The notes beneath the pieces are model-generated. The model made no database searches. It saw only the letters and a program-made list of their open reading frames with translations, and had not been told where the DNA came from. A stretch of 64,000 bases of DNA. Source: Candidatus Harrisonbacteria bacterium RIFCSPHIGHO2_02_FULL_42_16. GTDB taxonomy: Bacteria > Patescibacteriota > Minisyncoccia > UBA6257 > 02-FULL-45-10c. The stretch is taken from NCBI GenBank assembly GCA_001818695.1, contig MHJG01000003.1:4890-68889 (forward strand). Direction: 5' to 3'. This document shows, in pieces, positions 27,830-36,599 of this stretch. Every line of letters begins with the position of its first letter. The stretch's first letter is position 1. The position numbers and the translations under genes were made by a program.

Positions 27830-27869
27830 TTTGTATTACTATGAAACGATCGTTAGTTAGTAATACAAA
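27830..27869. repeat. hairpin repeat downstream of the PaaX/Cas2-like gene
   Basis: TTTGTATTACTA-N16(..ACGATCGT..)-TAGTAATACAAA. Confidence 0.85.
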
Positions 27870-27892
27870 TACCAAAATAACATTTTGTTTAA

Positions 27893-28483
27893 TTATTTCA
27901 CTGTCATTGAACCACTTTTTGAAATTTTGAAAATGTGAATATATTTGAGAATATTAAGTTCTCGCAGGTCGTGGATAAAATCCGCTGGGACGGCATAGTT
28001 GCCGATCCAGACGCTTTTTTGTAGCATGGCAAAGCCAAGCGATTTGAGTTGATGCCGAAGCCATGACCGATAATGCTTAAGCTGTTCCGGTATATCAAAA
28101 ATAAAGAGCATCTGGATAGAAATCTCCTTCCTTTCATATACTTTTTTTGGTAATTTCGACGGTTGTTGATGTTCATAGTTTAGCAATTTTTTCAGTCCTT
28201 TTGCGGTTAATTTCCAGACAGTTTTTACGTCCAGACTTTGTTTTTTTACAATATCGTCTTTACGAAGTTTTGCTAATAGCATATAAAATCGTTTTTCTTC
28301 TTCTCGTTTCCATTTTTGATAATTAAATTTCGGCGCATCCATATGACCAAGCAGACGTTTTGTGACTTTATAAGTATCAGGGCTAAAAGGCGATAGAGTA
28401 TTAATAATCTCTTTTGCGGTGCGGGCTTTATGCCGCAATAGATTTAGAATTCTTTTGGTTTTATCGCCTCGTGATATATACAT
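27893..28483 (-). CDS. PaaX-like wHTH plus Cas2-like domain protein
   Basis: LTAKG wHTH end; FDIPE....R..LR..L..LGF..LQKSVW. Confidence 0.85.
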   Translation of the reverse strand: MYISRGDKTKRILNLLRHKARTAKEIINTLSPFSPDTYKVTKRLLGHMDAPKFNYQKWKREEEKRFYMLLAKLRKDDIVKKQSLDVKTVWKLTAKGLKKLLNYEHQQPSKLPKKVYERKEISIQMLFIFDIPEQLKHYRSWLRHQLKSLGFAMLQKSVWIGNYAVPADFIHDLRELNILKYIHIFKISKSGSMTVK

Positions 28484-28491
28484 TGTTTTAG

Positions 28492-28531
28492 TTTGTATTA
28501 CTATTAAACGATCGTCAAGTAGTAATACAAA
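28492..28531. repeat. hairpin repeat upstream of the PaaX/Cas2-like gene
   Basis: same 12-bp arms and ACGATCGT core as 27830-27869, direct orientation. Confidence 0.85.
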
Positions 28532-28578
28532 GTTGCAAAATATAAAATTAAAAGATGTGAAATTAAAAAGATATGAAA

Positions 28579-29352
28579 TTAAGATAGTAAATTTTGATAT
28601 CCGTTTAAGAACGCTTTGTAACTCATTGGTTTTTTGCCTTCGGGCTGGACTGTTAGCAACTGTAATTTTTCGCTATTAAAATCCGCTTTTAGCAGTTTTA
28701 AACGGAGTTCTTTTCCGTTTTTTAGTTTTAAAATTGTGAATACTCCCGGTTCCGGATTTAAAGCGCGGATTTTCAGCCAAATTTTTTTAGGAGCGTCATT
28801 TTTTAAATTAACTTGGGCATCTTCCGCATCGAATTTTTTAGTGTAAGTTGCTTGGCTTTCATCCTGGATTTGCGGCTGAATTTTTCCGGCCAACAATTTA
28901 GGAATCGTATCTAATGCTAGTTTTACGCTTAATTCCGCCAGTTTTTCCGTGAGAGATTGATTGTCGTCTTTTGTGGTTATTTGTAGTTTATTTGTTGCAA
29001 GTGTCGGCCCATGGTCAATTTTTTCGTCAATAATAAAAAGCGTTGTTCCGGTTTCTTGTTCGTCATTTAGGATGGTGGACTGAATAGGGGAGGGGCCCCG
29101 CAAGCGGGGTAGAAGAGAGGGGTGGATGCCGATTGTTTTATATTTTGGAATGCCAATTATTTCTTTTTCAAGGATTTTTGCGAAAGCCGCTACTAGAAAA
29201 AAATCCGCGTTCAACGACCGCAGATATTCAAGGGTAATAAGGGATTTGGCGTCCCGAATTTCGGCCATAGGCGGCTGGCCGGCATTTTTAAGCCCGTTTA
29301 ATATAATCTGGGCGAATTCCGATTCTCTTCCTCCAAAAAATACGTATTTCAT
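28579..29352 (-). CDS. fmt: methionyl-tRNA formyltransferase
   Basis: HPSLLPRLRGPSPIQ, D.G, IRALNP.PG, QPEGKK.M. Confidence 0.93.
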   Translation of the reverse strand: MKYVFFGGRESEFAQIILNGLKNAGQPPMAEIRDAKSLITLEYLRSLNADFFLVAAFAKILEKEIIGIPKYKTIGIHPSLLPRLRGPSPIQSTILNDEQETGTTLFIIDEKIDHGPTLATNKLQITTKDDNQSLTEKLAELSVKLALDTIPKLLAGKIQPQIQDESQATYTKKFDAEDAQVNLKNDAPKKIWLKIRALNPEPGVFTILKLKNGKELRLKLLKADFNSEKLQLLTVQPEGKKPMSYKAFLNGYQNLLS

Positions 29353-29431
29353 TAACTTAATATTGCTTCAATTTTAACGATATCGCAAGGTCATATTATA
29401 TTCTTAAAAATGATATAATTTTAATGAACAT

Positions 29432-29710
29432 ATGGAACATATTAAAAAAACCAGCAAGCAATACTTTTCTCTTTTAAAAGAAAGGGCAAAGCTGTCCAGG
29501 GTTTATACTTCTCATCAATCCACCGGATTGGCTCTTGCCCAGATTTTAAATGACCCGAGCCATAAATCGCTTTATATGCGGCTGGCAAAAATGTACGATA
29601 ATGCCCAATTGACACGCATCGCCAAAAACATTGAAGAGTGCGCCGACATTAAAAATAAAGGCGCTTATTTCATGAAAGTATTGAAAGCCACCGATTTAAA
29701 TTCTTTATGA
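29432..29710 (+). CDS. hypothetical protein
   Basis: L.D..HKSLYMRLAK..NKGAYFM; stop/start overlap with def. Confidence 0.7.
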   Translation: MEHIKKTSKQYFSLLKERAKLSRVYTSHQSTGLALAQILNDPSHKSLYMRLAKMYDNAQLTRIAKNIEECADIKNKGAYFMKVLKATDLNSL

Positions 29711-30207
29711 CCAAAGACGGCGTTTGGACGATTGACAATAAAAATGAAAAAAAACTTCTTAGGAAAAAGACAGCCGATTTTAATTTTGAGAAAATCAATA
29801 AAAAAGAAATAAATGGGTTGATAAAAAAAATGCGGGATATTATGAAAACGGCTTTCGGCATAGGATTGAGCGCCAATCAAATCGGACTGGATTTTAATTT
29901 TTTCGTGGCGCAAGTGAATAATAAATTTTATGCCGTATTTAATCCTGAAATAGTTAAAAAATCAAATAACGCGGTTTCAATGGAAGAAGGGTGTTTAAGC
30001 GTGCCGGAAATTTTTGGGGAAGTGGAACGTCAGGAGAAAATTATTTTGGAGGGTTATGATAAAAACGGCAGAAAAATAAAAATAAAAGCATGGGGGCTGT
30101 TAGCTCGTGTATTCCAGCATGAAGTTGATCACCTTAACGGAAAAATTTTTATAGATACGGCTAAAAATTTGCATAAATATGAAAAAACGGCTCTTCGTCG
30201 CCATTAA
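29707..30207 (+). CDS. def: peptide deformylase
   Basis: GIGLSANQIG, EGCLS, QHEVDHLNG. Confidence 0.97.
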   Translation: MTKDGVWTIDNKNEKKLLRKKTADFNFEKINKKEINGLIKKMRDIMKTAFGIGLSANQIGLDFNFFVAQVNNKFYAVFNPEIVKKSNNAVSMEEGCLSVPEIFGEVERQEKIILEGYDKNGRKIKIKAWGLLARVFQHEVDHLNGKIFIDTAKNLHKYEKTALRRH

Positions 30208-30302
30208 TCTGCCGGAATTAATAAAAAACCGGACAGAATATGAATTGGAAAAAATCCGGAGCGGAGCATGAAATTTTACAGAAAATTGATTCCCGATTAT
30301 AA
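30179..30302 (+). pseudogene. remnant of RNA 2',3'-cyclic phosphodiesterase (ThpR/LigT-like), internally deleted
   Basis: MKKRLFVAINLPE start, then an out-of-frame AEHEILQKID tail; no HxT motifs. Confidence 0.55.
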
Positions 30303-30311
30303 TTAAACTTT

Positions 30312-31571
30312 ATGAATCGCATATTTAAAGAAAAAGCGGAAAAAATTGTTTTAGCGGCTATTTTATTTATTTTAGCGTTAATCATAGGCGCCGGCGCTTT
30401 TTATTTCGGCTACCAAAAAGGGCTGGAGACCCCCAAAACAATCGTTATTGAGAATGTTTCCAATATCAATTCCGGCGGGGAAATAGACGCTAATTTTGGC
30501 ATATTTTGGGAGGCGTGGGACTTGATTAAGCGGGAATATTTTAAAGGAGGCAAAATCGTTGATAAAGATTTGGTTTATGGCGCAATTACCGGATTGGTTA
30601 ATTCTTTGGGCGACCCCAATACTGTTTTTTTGCCTCCGGAGGACTCTAAAAAATTTGAGGAAGATGTAAATGGAAATTTTGGCGGCATCGGAGCGGAAAT
30701 AGGCATTAAGGAAAAACAGCTGGTTATTATTGCCCCTTTGAAAGGTAATCCGGCGGAAAAAGCCGGCTTAAAAGCGGGAGATAAAATCTTAGCTATTAAT
30801 GAAAAGAACGCCAGCGGTTTGGATGTCAGCGAGGCGGTAAAAAAAATCCGGGGTGAAATTGGAACGGCGGTAACGTTGGCAATTTTGCGCGAGGGCTGGG
30901 AAAAACCGCAGGACTTTAAAATTATCAGAGACAATATTGAAATACCGACAATGGAATGGAGTATTATTCAAAAAGACGACAAAAAGTTTATCCACCTTAA
31001 ACTTTTCAGTTTTAATCAGAATGCTCCGACGGTATTTTATAAGGCGGTTTTAATAGTTCTTTATGAACGGCCTGACGGCATTATTTTGGACTTGCGTAAT
31101 AATCCGGGCGGTTTTTTGGAAGTGGCAATCAATATAGCCGGCTGGTTTTTGGATAGGGGAGATATTGTGGCTACGGAAAAATTTCGCAATCAGGAAGAAG
31201 TGGTGTTCCGCGCCAGCGGTAATGCCGCTTTAAAAAATATTCCGATGGTAATTTTAGTTAATAAGGGTTCCGCATCCGCGTCAGAGATATTGGCTGGAGC
31301 GCTCAGGGCGCAAATAAAAACTAAATTAGTGGGAGAGACCACTTTTGGAAAGGGGACAGTGCAAGAATTGCGGAATCTTAGCGATAATTCTACGGTAAAA
31401 CTTACGGTGGCTAATTGGTTGTTGCCGGACGGAACTCTTATTGATGAAAAGGGAATAAAGCCGGATATAGAAGTGGAATTAAAAGATGAAGACGCCGAAA
31501 AAGGCCGCGATCCGCAATTGGATAAAGCCGTTGAAGTTATTTTGCGGGAAATAAAAGTTATTGCCCAATAA
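30312..31571 (+). CDS. ctpA: S41 carboxyl-terminal processing protease
   Basis: PDZ GIGAEI, DLRNNPGG, SASASEI, TFGKGTVQ. Confidence 0.95.
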   Translation: MNRIFKEKAEKIVLAAILFILALIIGAGAFYFGYQKGLETPKTIVIENVSNINSGGEIDANFGIFWEAWDLIKREYFKGGKIVDKDLVYGAITGLVNSLGDPNTVFLPPEDSKKFEEDVNGNFGGIGAEIGIKEKQLVIIAPLKGNPAEKAGLKAGDKILAINEKNASGLDVSEAVKKIRGEIGTAVTLAILREGWEKPQDFKIIRDNIEIPTMEWSIIQKDDKKFIHLKLFSFNQNAPTVFYKAVLIVLYERPDGIILDLRNNPGGFLEVAINIAGWFLDRGDIVATEKFRNQEEVVFRASGNAALKNIPMVILVNKGSASASEILAGALRAQIKTKLVGETTFGKGTVQELRNLSDNSTVKLTVANWLLPDGTLIDEKGIKPDIEVELKDEDAEKGRDPQLDKAVEVILREIKVIAQ

Positions 31572-31836
31572 TACTGACAACGGTTGCGTATCTCGGCGAA
31601 CCGTCAAAACGGATTTTCTTCGCTAATTTATATTTAACTTTGCCGTTTTTTAAGGCGAAAAGCGTATCATCGCCGGCCTGCTTTACATTCAAACCCGGCA
31701 GATATTTAGTGCCTCTTTGGCGGACAATTATTTGGCCGACGGCGACTATTTCGCCGTTAGTTTTTTTTAAGCCGAGTCGCTTGGATTCTGATTCCCTGGC
31801 GTTATGCGCCGCGCCGGCTGATTTAGTATGCGCCAT
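31558..31836 (-). CDS. rpmA: 50S ribosomal protein L27
   Basis: MAHTK, KRLG.K, IIVRQRGT, DDTLFAL. Confidence 0.97.
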   Translation of the reverse strand: MAHTKSAGAAHNARESESKRLGLKKTNGEIVAVGQIIVRQRGTKYLPGLNVKQAGDDTLFALKNGKVKYKLAKKIRFDGSPRYATVVSIIGQ

Positions 31837-31971
31837 TTTTCTTTACGAGCGTAGCGAGTAATTAGAAAAATGAGCGTCCCGTTAGATAAATGAAGTTTAT
31901 CTCATCGGGATGCCACTTCTATGCCCTTAATTTTATTATAAAATTATATTACTATATTATTACGTTGTCAA

Positions 31972-32075
31972 TCCCGTTAGAAAATTTACAAACTTCGTTC
32001 AATTAGTTAAAATATATTTAATCTTACGGTTAAAGTTTTATTAAAAAAATAATGAATTTAAATTTTCTAACGGGA
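31972..32075. mobile_element. MITE-like element with TIR TCCCGTTAGAAAATTT and TSD TCAA
   Basis: 16-bp IR; TCAA on both sides (31968-31971, 32076-32079); shorter relative at 31877-31910. Confidence 0.75.
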
Positions 32076-32219
32076 TCAACTCTCAAAATTTGGCTTAAAA
32101 AGCGGGAAACAATATTATTTTTGCTTTTATTTTTAATAACTTCTTTAAGTTTTGGATTGGGTTATCTTTTCGCTAAAAAAGAAAGCGTAGCGCCGATTAT
32201 AATAGAAAAAGCCCAATAA
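32052..32219 (+). CDS. 55-aa membrane hypothetical protein whose start lies in the MITE
   Basis: MNLNFLTG-STLKIWLKKRETILFLLLFLITSLSFGLGYLFAKKESVAPIIIEKAQ. Confidence 0.55.
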   Translation: MNLNFLTGSTLKIWLKKRETILFLLLFLITSLSFGLGYLFAKKESVAPIIIEKAQ

Positions 32220-32981
32220 TTATAAATATCCGATTTTCTTTAGCCAATAAGCGTTCTCCCACTCCCATAATTTTTTTGCTCCTAAAAACGCCTCAAAATC
32301 ATCTTTCCAAAAAGGAAATTCCTGCAGTTCCACCACTCCGGTTAAATCAGACCATTGATGCTCTTCGGCGGGGCAGGGGACTGATTTGCCGCGTCGCACT
32401 TTATTGCGGCCACCTTTGGGGCGCATGGTAGAGCCGCAAGAAAAACATTTTTTTATCTGGTCAATCCGAAGAATCCAGCGGGTTTCTAAACTCGGCAATT
32501 CCGTCAATAATGCTTCAATGTAAGCGGAGGTCTGCAGATTATAATCTCGATATATGGCCTGGGAGGTTTTGATGTCTAATACGCCGAATTTCCCGTCTAT
32601 TAAAGCCAGTGCGTCTATAGTGCCGGCATATTTATGTTGAGGATTGAAAATCCTTTTTTCCACCAATTCTTTGTCAACGTGGATGTTTCGGCTATTCATG
32701 AATTCCCAAAAAGCGGTGATAGCCGGCTTTATCGTTTCCGGCACTTCCGGATTTTCACCGACCATTATTTTTTCCGATATTTCGTGGATTAAAGTGCCTT
32801 CTTTGGCAGATGTCTCGGTAATTTGCTTCGCCGCCTTGTAACTTGCCGCTTCGCCGTAAAACCAATAAAGCGCCGGTTTAGATTTAATGTCAATAATCTT
32901 GGTAACGCGGGGATACCAGTGGCCATCAATATCATAACCGCAAAGCTCTTTAAAACTCTCTTCATTCTTAAATGAATACAT
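32220..32981 (-). CDS. PD-(D/E)xK nuclease family protein (phage exonuclease/Cas4-like) with CxxC
   Basis: YPRVT.I, GT..H, YAGTID, LDIKT, LQ.SAY. Confidence 0.85.
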   Translation of the reverse strand: MYSFKNEESFKELCGYDIDGHWYPRVTKIIDIKSKPALYWFYGEAASYKAAKQITETSAKEGTLIHEISEKIMVGENPEVPETIKPAITAFWEFMNSRNIHVDKELVEKRIFNPQHKYAGTIDALALIDGKFGVLDIKTSQAIYRDYNLQTSAYIEALLTELPSLETRWILRIDQIKKCFSCGSTMRPKGGRNKVRRGKSVPCPAEEHQWSDLTGVVELQEFPFWKDDFEAFLGAKKLWEWENAYWLKKIGYL

Positions 32982-33124
32982 AACTACCTAATTTTATATT
33001 AAATTTCTAAAAAGAACAAACTTATTTATGATGTTTGGCGTAAATAGTAAATAGGGATTAGGTAAAAAAATCCCCCAAGTAATTGCTCGGGGGTAGATAG
33101 AAATAGGTAATAGATATTTGGGCA

Positions 33125-33394
33125 TTACTGCGCTTTTTTCGTTTTTTGTGATTTAACTCTCTCAAGAGACGGCGAAGTTATTTCAACATATTTACCGGTT
33201 GATTCATCCATTGCCGTCAATACTCGGCCGGATTTTACTCTTTCAACTACCTCCGCATATAGAGTTAACGCGTCGCCTAATACTTCTCCAGTATTATTAG
33301 CTCCCGTTTCCAGTTTAAGCTTTTCAATAGTTAAAACTGTCTGACAGGGGACACTGACGGTGTATTGATGCTGTTCTTTTCTTTCTTCCCCCAT
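33125..33394 (-). CDS. ribbon-helix-helix/CopG-like small protein
   Basis: AGGAGG RBS; beta strand then I..LK....EV..DAL.LY. Confidence 0.6.
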   Translation of the reverse strand: MGEERKEQHQYTVSVPCQTVLTIEKLKLETGANNTGEVLGDALTLYAEVVERVKSGRVLTAMDESTGKYVEITSPSLERVKSQKTKKAQ

Positions 33395-33573
33395 ATACTA
33401 ATTACCTCCTTTTTACTAAGCATTGAACTATATCTATAGTAACAAATGATTAAATTATTTGTCAATACCTAAAAATAGGTCAGGGAGCTTCAAAATAAGC
33501 ATTATCTAACTGTCGCACAATATACCTTTTGCGACAGTTAAAATACTTACAACCTTGATAATTCTAATAAGCT

Positions 33574-33828
33574 TTAAATGCGGTTGGCAATATTTCTAAG
33601 AAATTCCATTAAAAATGACGCCCATAATATAGCGATTTTTCCGATAGCGGAAAGCATTGACTGGAAATTAACGCCGATATTCTCTAAAAACCAGATATTC
33701 ACCTTGCCGGCTAACATTAAAAGTTGCTGAAACAGCCGTATTACATCATCCCCGTTTTGGGGTATAAAAGCCGATAGTTTTTTGGCGGAACCTATAAAAA
33801 GGTCAAAAAGGCGTAAAAGGAAGTCCAT
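33574..33828 (-). CDS. hypothetical amphipathic/membrane protein
   Basis: intact ORF in an operon-like position. Confidence 0.55.
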   Translation of the reverse strand: MDFLLRLFDLFIGSAKKLSAFIPQNGDDVIRLFQQLLMLAGKVNIWFLENIGVNFQSMLSAIGKIAILWASFLMEFLRNIANRI

Positions 33829-33852
33829 TACACTTTCATTATATCATAATAA

Positions 33853-35097
33853 TCACAGATTAAGGTATTGTTTTGGGTCTAAATCGCCACCGTAAGGCAT
33901 TACTGGGCCGCAATTTACTTTACTTGGACCTATTCTGAATGTCTGGCTGGCATATACCGTAAAATGCAGATGCGGTCCGGTGGCGTAACCGGTACTGCCG
34001 ATATAACCAATTAAATCGCCTCTTTTTACTTCATCCCCCTTTTTGACGGTTTGTAAAGACAAGTGAGCATATAAAGTTGTCAGATTATTTTTGTGTTCAA
34101 TGACGATAAATTTTCCATAAGCGCCTTTATAGCAGTAATTGTCCTGGTTCCAAACCTCTAAAATTTTTCCGCTTTCGGCGGCAAAAACCGGCGCGCCTAT
34201 CGGCGCCGCGATATCAATTCCGTTATGCCATTGGCCTTTATAGGCATATCGGGCAAAGTTAGTGGCGCCGTAGGGCTGGGTAAATTTTCCTTGCGTCGGC
34301 ATGGCCAGAACGCCGGGCCTGGATGTTGGCAGAAGATTTGGGTCAATAGTCAGCCGTAATTCCGATTCTAATAATTCAATTTCTTCGGCAATCGCGGCTT
34401 GCTGAGATTCTAAATCAGAAATTAATTTTTGATACGACCTTTCCTGATTTTTTGTCTGCGCCAATAAATTTTCTTTTTCTACCTTTTGGTTATTAACTAT
34501 AACTTTTCTGTTCTTTAAATTTTTATTTTCCAGTTCAATCTCGGATTTTTTATTTGAGGTCATTTGCAGTTTTCCTGATAATTCTTCGCCGAAATTTGTA
34601 AGTTCGCTAACATCCGAAGAAAGTTTATTATTGAGGTTAACTAAATTTTGCACCTCGGAGAAACTTTCGGCTAAGCTTTTATTTTTTAAAATAGTGTATA
34701 AAGCGGTCTCGTTGTCTTTCTTTTGAAGCTCTTTCAGTAGAGCCGCCACCGCCTGTTTTTTTGAATTAATTTTATCTTTTACGTCAAGAATTTCGTATTG
34801 CAATGAACCCACTTCTAATTTCAATTTATCAATGTTTATTCCGCTTGCCCTAATGTTCAGATTAAGCTGTTGGATGCCGGAATCCGTATTCTGGATTTCT
34901 TTTTTTAAGGTTTTACTTTTACCTTCTGTTTCTTGCAAGTCCTGCTGGGTTTTAAGAATCTGCTGGTTTATTTCCTGTAGTGTCTGGGTTTTATCATTGA
35001 TTTGCTGTTTTAAATCAGGCGGTGAAACGGCAAAGACATTATAAGTAAGTATATAAGTAATTATTAAAAAAACGGGCAGAAAGAATTTTAATTTCAT
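33853..35097 (-). CDS. M23 peptidase with coiled coil (EnvC/CwlO-like)
   Basis: signal peptide, coiled coil, HNGID, YAHL, TGPHLHF. Confidence 0.92.
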   Translation of the reverse strand: MKLKFFLPVFLIITYILTYNVFAVSPPDLKQQINDKTQTLQEINQQILKTQQDLQETEGKSKTLKKEIQNTDSGIQQLNLNIRASGINIDKLKLEVGSLQYEILDVKDKINSKKQAVAALLKELQKKDNETALYTILKNKSLAESFSEVQNLVNLNNKLSSDVSELTNFGEELSGKLQMTSNKKSEIELENKNLKNRKVIVNNQKVEKENLLAQTKNQERSYQKLISDLESQQAAIAEEIELLESELRLTIDPNLLPTSRPGVLAMPTQGKFTQPYGATNFARYAYKGQWHNGIDIAAPIGAPVFAAESGKILEVWNQDNYCYKGAYGKFIVIEHKNNLTTLYAHLSLQTVKKGDEVKRGDLIGYIGSTGYATGPHLHFTVYASQTFRIGPSKVNCGPVMPYGGDLDPKQYLNL

Positions 35098-35118
35098 AAT
35101 TACTCAATTATTTAATTA

Positions 35119-36591
35119 CTAAATTATTAAATTACTTAATTTCTCAATTGCCATATTTATTCTTTTTAATGATTCTTCTTTGCCCAAAACATCTATTATT
35201 TCAAATGGTCCGGGTGATTTATCTCTGCCGGTAAGCGCGACCCGAAGCGGCCATAAAACCTCTCCCCTGCCCTGACTGTCCGCCAGTGGCATCAGATATT
35301 TTTCCGAGCCCGATTTATTAAATTCCCGCTCTAAAATGACGAACAGAATTTCTTTAGTTTTACGCAAATTTTCTTTGGTATTTTTCGCGCCGGTATTTTT
35401 CCATAAAAGCATTTCGGATTTGTAATCATTTAGGCGCGTATAGGAATCAGCAATAGCTTGAAAATTTTTTAAGGTCGCCGCCCTTTCTTTGCCGTAATTG
35501 ATAATTTTTAATAATTGTGAATCATTGGCTGCGATTTCAAAATCAGGTAATTGTTTAATAAGTTTTAGTAATGCTTCGTTATCATATTTTTTGATATATT
35601 GCGAATTGAGCCAGTCCAATTTTTGGACATCAAAAATAGCTCCTCCTTTTTGAATTCTTTTTATATCAAAACATTGGATTATTTCCGGCAGAGACATTTT
35701 TTCTTTGTTATCAGAAGGATGCCAGCCCAGAAGCGCCATAAAATTTACCAACGTTTCCGGTAAATAGCCCTGTTTTTGATATTCTTCAATGGAAGTTGCC
35801 GAATGCCGTTTGGACATTTTGCTTCTGTCCGGGTCCAAGATTAACGGCAAGTGGGCGTATTGGGGTGTGGAAAAATTCAGGGCCCGTTGGATTAAAATTT
35901 GTTTGGGGGTATTGGCAATATGGTCTTCGCCCCGAATAACGTGGCTGATTTTCATTTCATAATCATCAATTACCACTGCGAAATTATATAACGGCGTACT
36001 GATATTTTTAGCTAATGCAAAATCGCCTATAGGGTCAGTAAAAAAATGGACTTGGCTACGGATAATATCGTTAAAGATAATTGAATCAGCCGGGTAAATG
36101 GTTTCATTACCAGAAATAACCGGCTTAGCTTTAGGAATCTTAAATCGAATCAATTCTCCCCTACTTAAATCCTTATCTCTTGCGTCACATTTATGTATCA
36201 GTACAGTTTTATTTGCAATTTGCCCATTTCTTTCTTCCTCTAATTCTTCTTTGGTATGCGGACACCAATACGCCTTTTTTTCTTTTAATAGTTTGTTTAA
36301 ATATTTTTCATAAATATTTAAACGTTCGCTTTGCCTGTACGGGCCTTCATCCCAATCTAATCCCAGCCATTTTAAGTTTTCAATAATATCTTTTTCATAT
36401 TTTTTATCCGACCTCTCCAAATCCGTATCTTCTATTCGGAGTATGAATTTTCCTCCATATTTTTTGGCAAAAATATAATTAAAAAGCGCGGTTCTGGCGG
36501 TGCCAATATGCAAATAGCCCGTTGGCGAAGGGGCAATTCTTACCCGTACTCCGTTTTCCCCCTTAAATAATCTTTTTAGAAATTTAAACAT
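35119..36591 (-). CDS. gltX: glutamate--tRNA ligase
   Basis: APSPTGYLHIG, RIEDTD, RGEDH, KMSKR. Confidence 0.97.
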   Translation of the reverse strand: MFKFLKRLFKGENGVRVRIAPSPTGYLHIGTARTALFNYIFAKKYGGKFILRIEDTDLERSDKKYEKDIIENLKWLGLDWDEGPYRQSERLNIYEKYLNKLLKEKKAYWCPHTKEELEEERNGQIANKTVLIHKCDARDKDLSRGELIRFKIPKAKPVISGNETIYPADSIIFNDIIRSQVHFFTDPIGDFALAKNISTPLYNFAVVIDDYEMKISHVIRGEDHIANTPKQILIQRALNFSTPQYAHLPLILDPDRSKMSKRHSATSIEEYQKQGYLPETLVNFMALLGWHPSDNKEKMSLPEIIQCFDIKRIQKGGAIFDVQKLDWLNSQYIKKYDNEALLKLIKQLPDFEIAANDSQLLKIINYGKERAATLKNFQAIADSYTRLNDYKSEMLLWKNTGAKNTKENLRKTKEILFVILEREFNKSGSEKYLMPLADSQGRGEVLWPLRVALTGRDKSPGPFEIIDVLGKEESLKRINMAIEKLSNLII

Positions 36592-36599
36592 TTTGATTT

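Noticed and set aside
27830-28531. CRISPR-Cas locus (Cas2-like gene with repeats; Cas4-like gene at 32220)
   Set aside because: Only two repeats, separated by a gene; no cas1 and no spacer array
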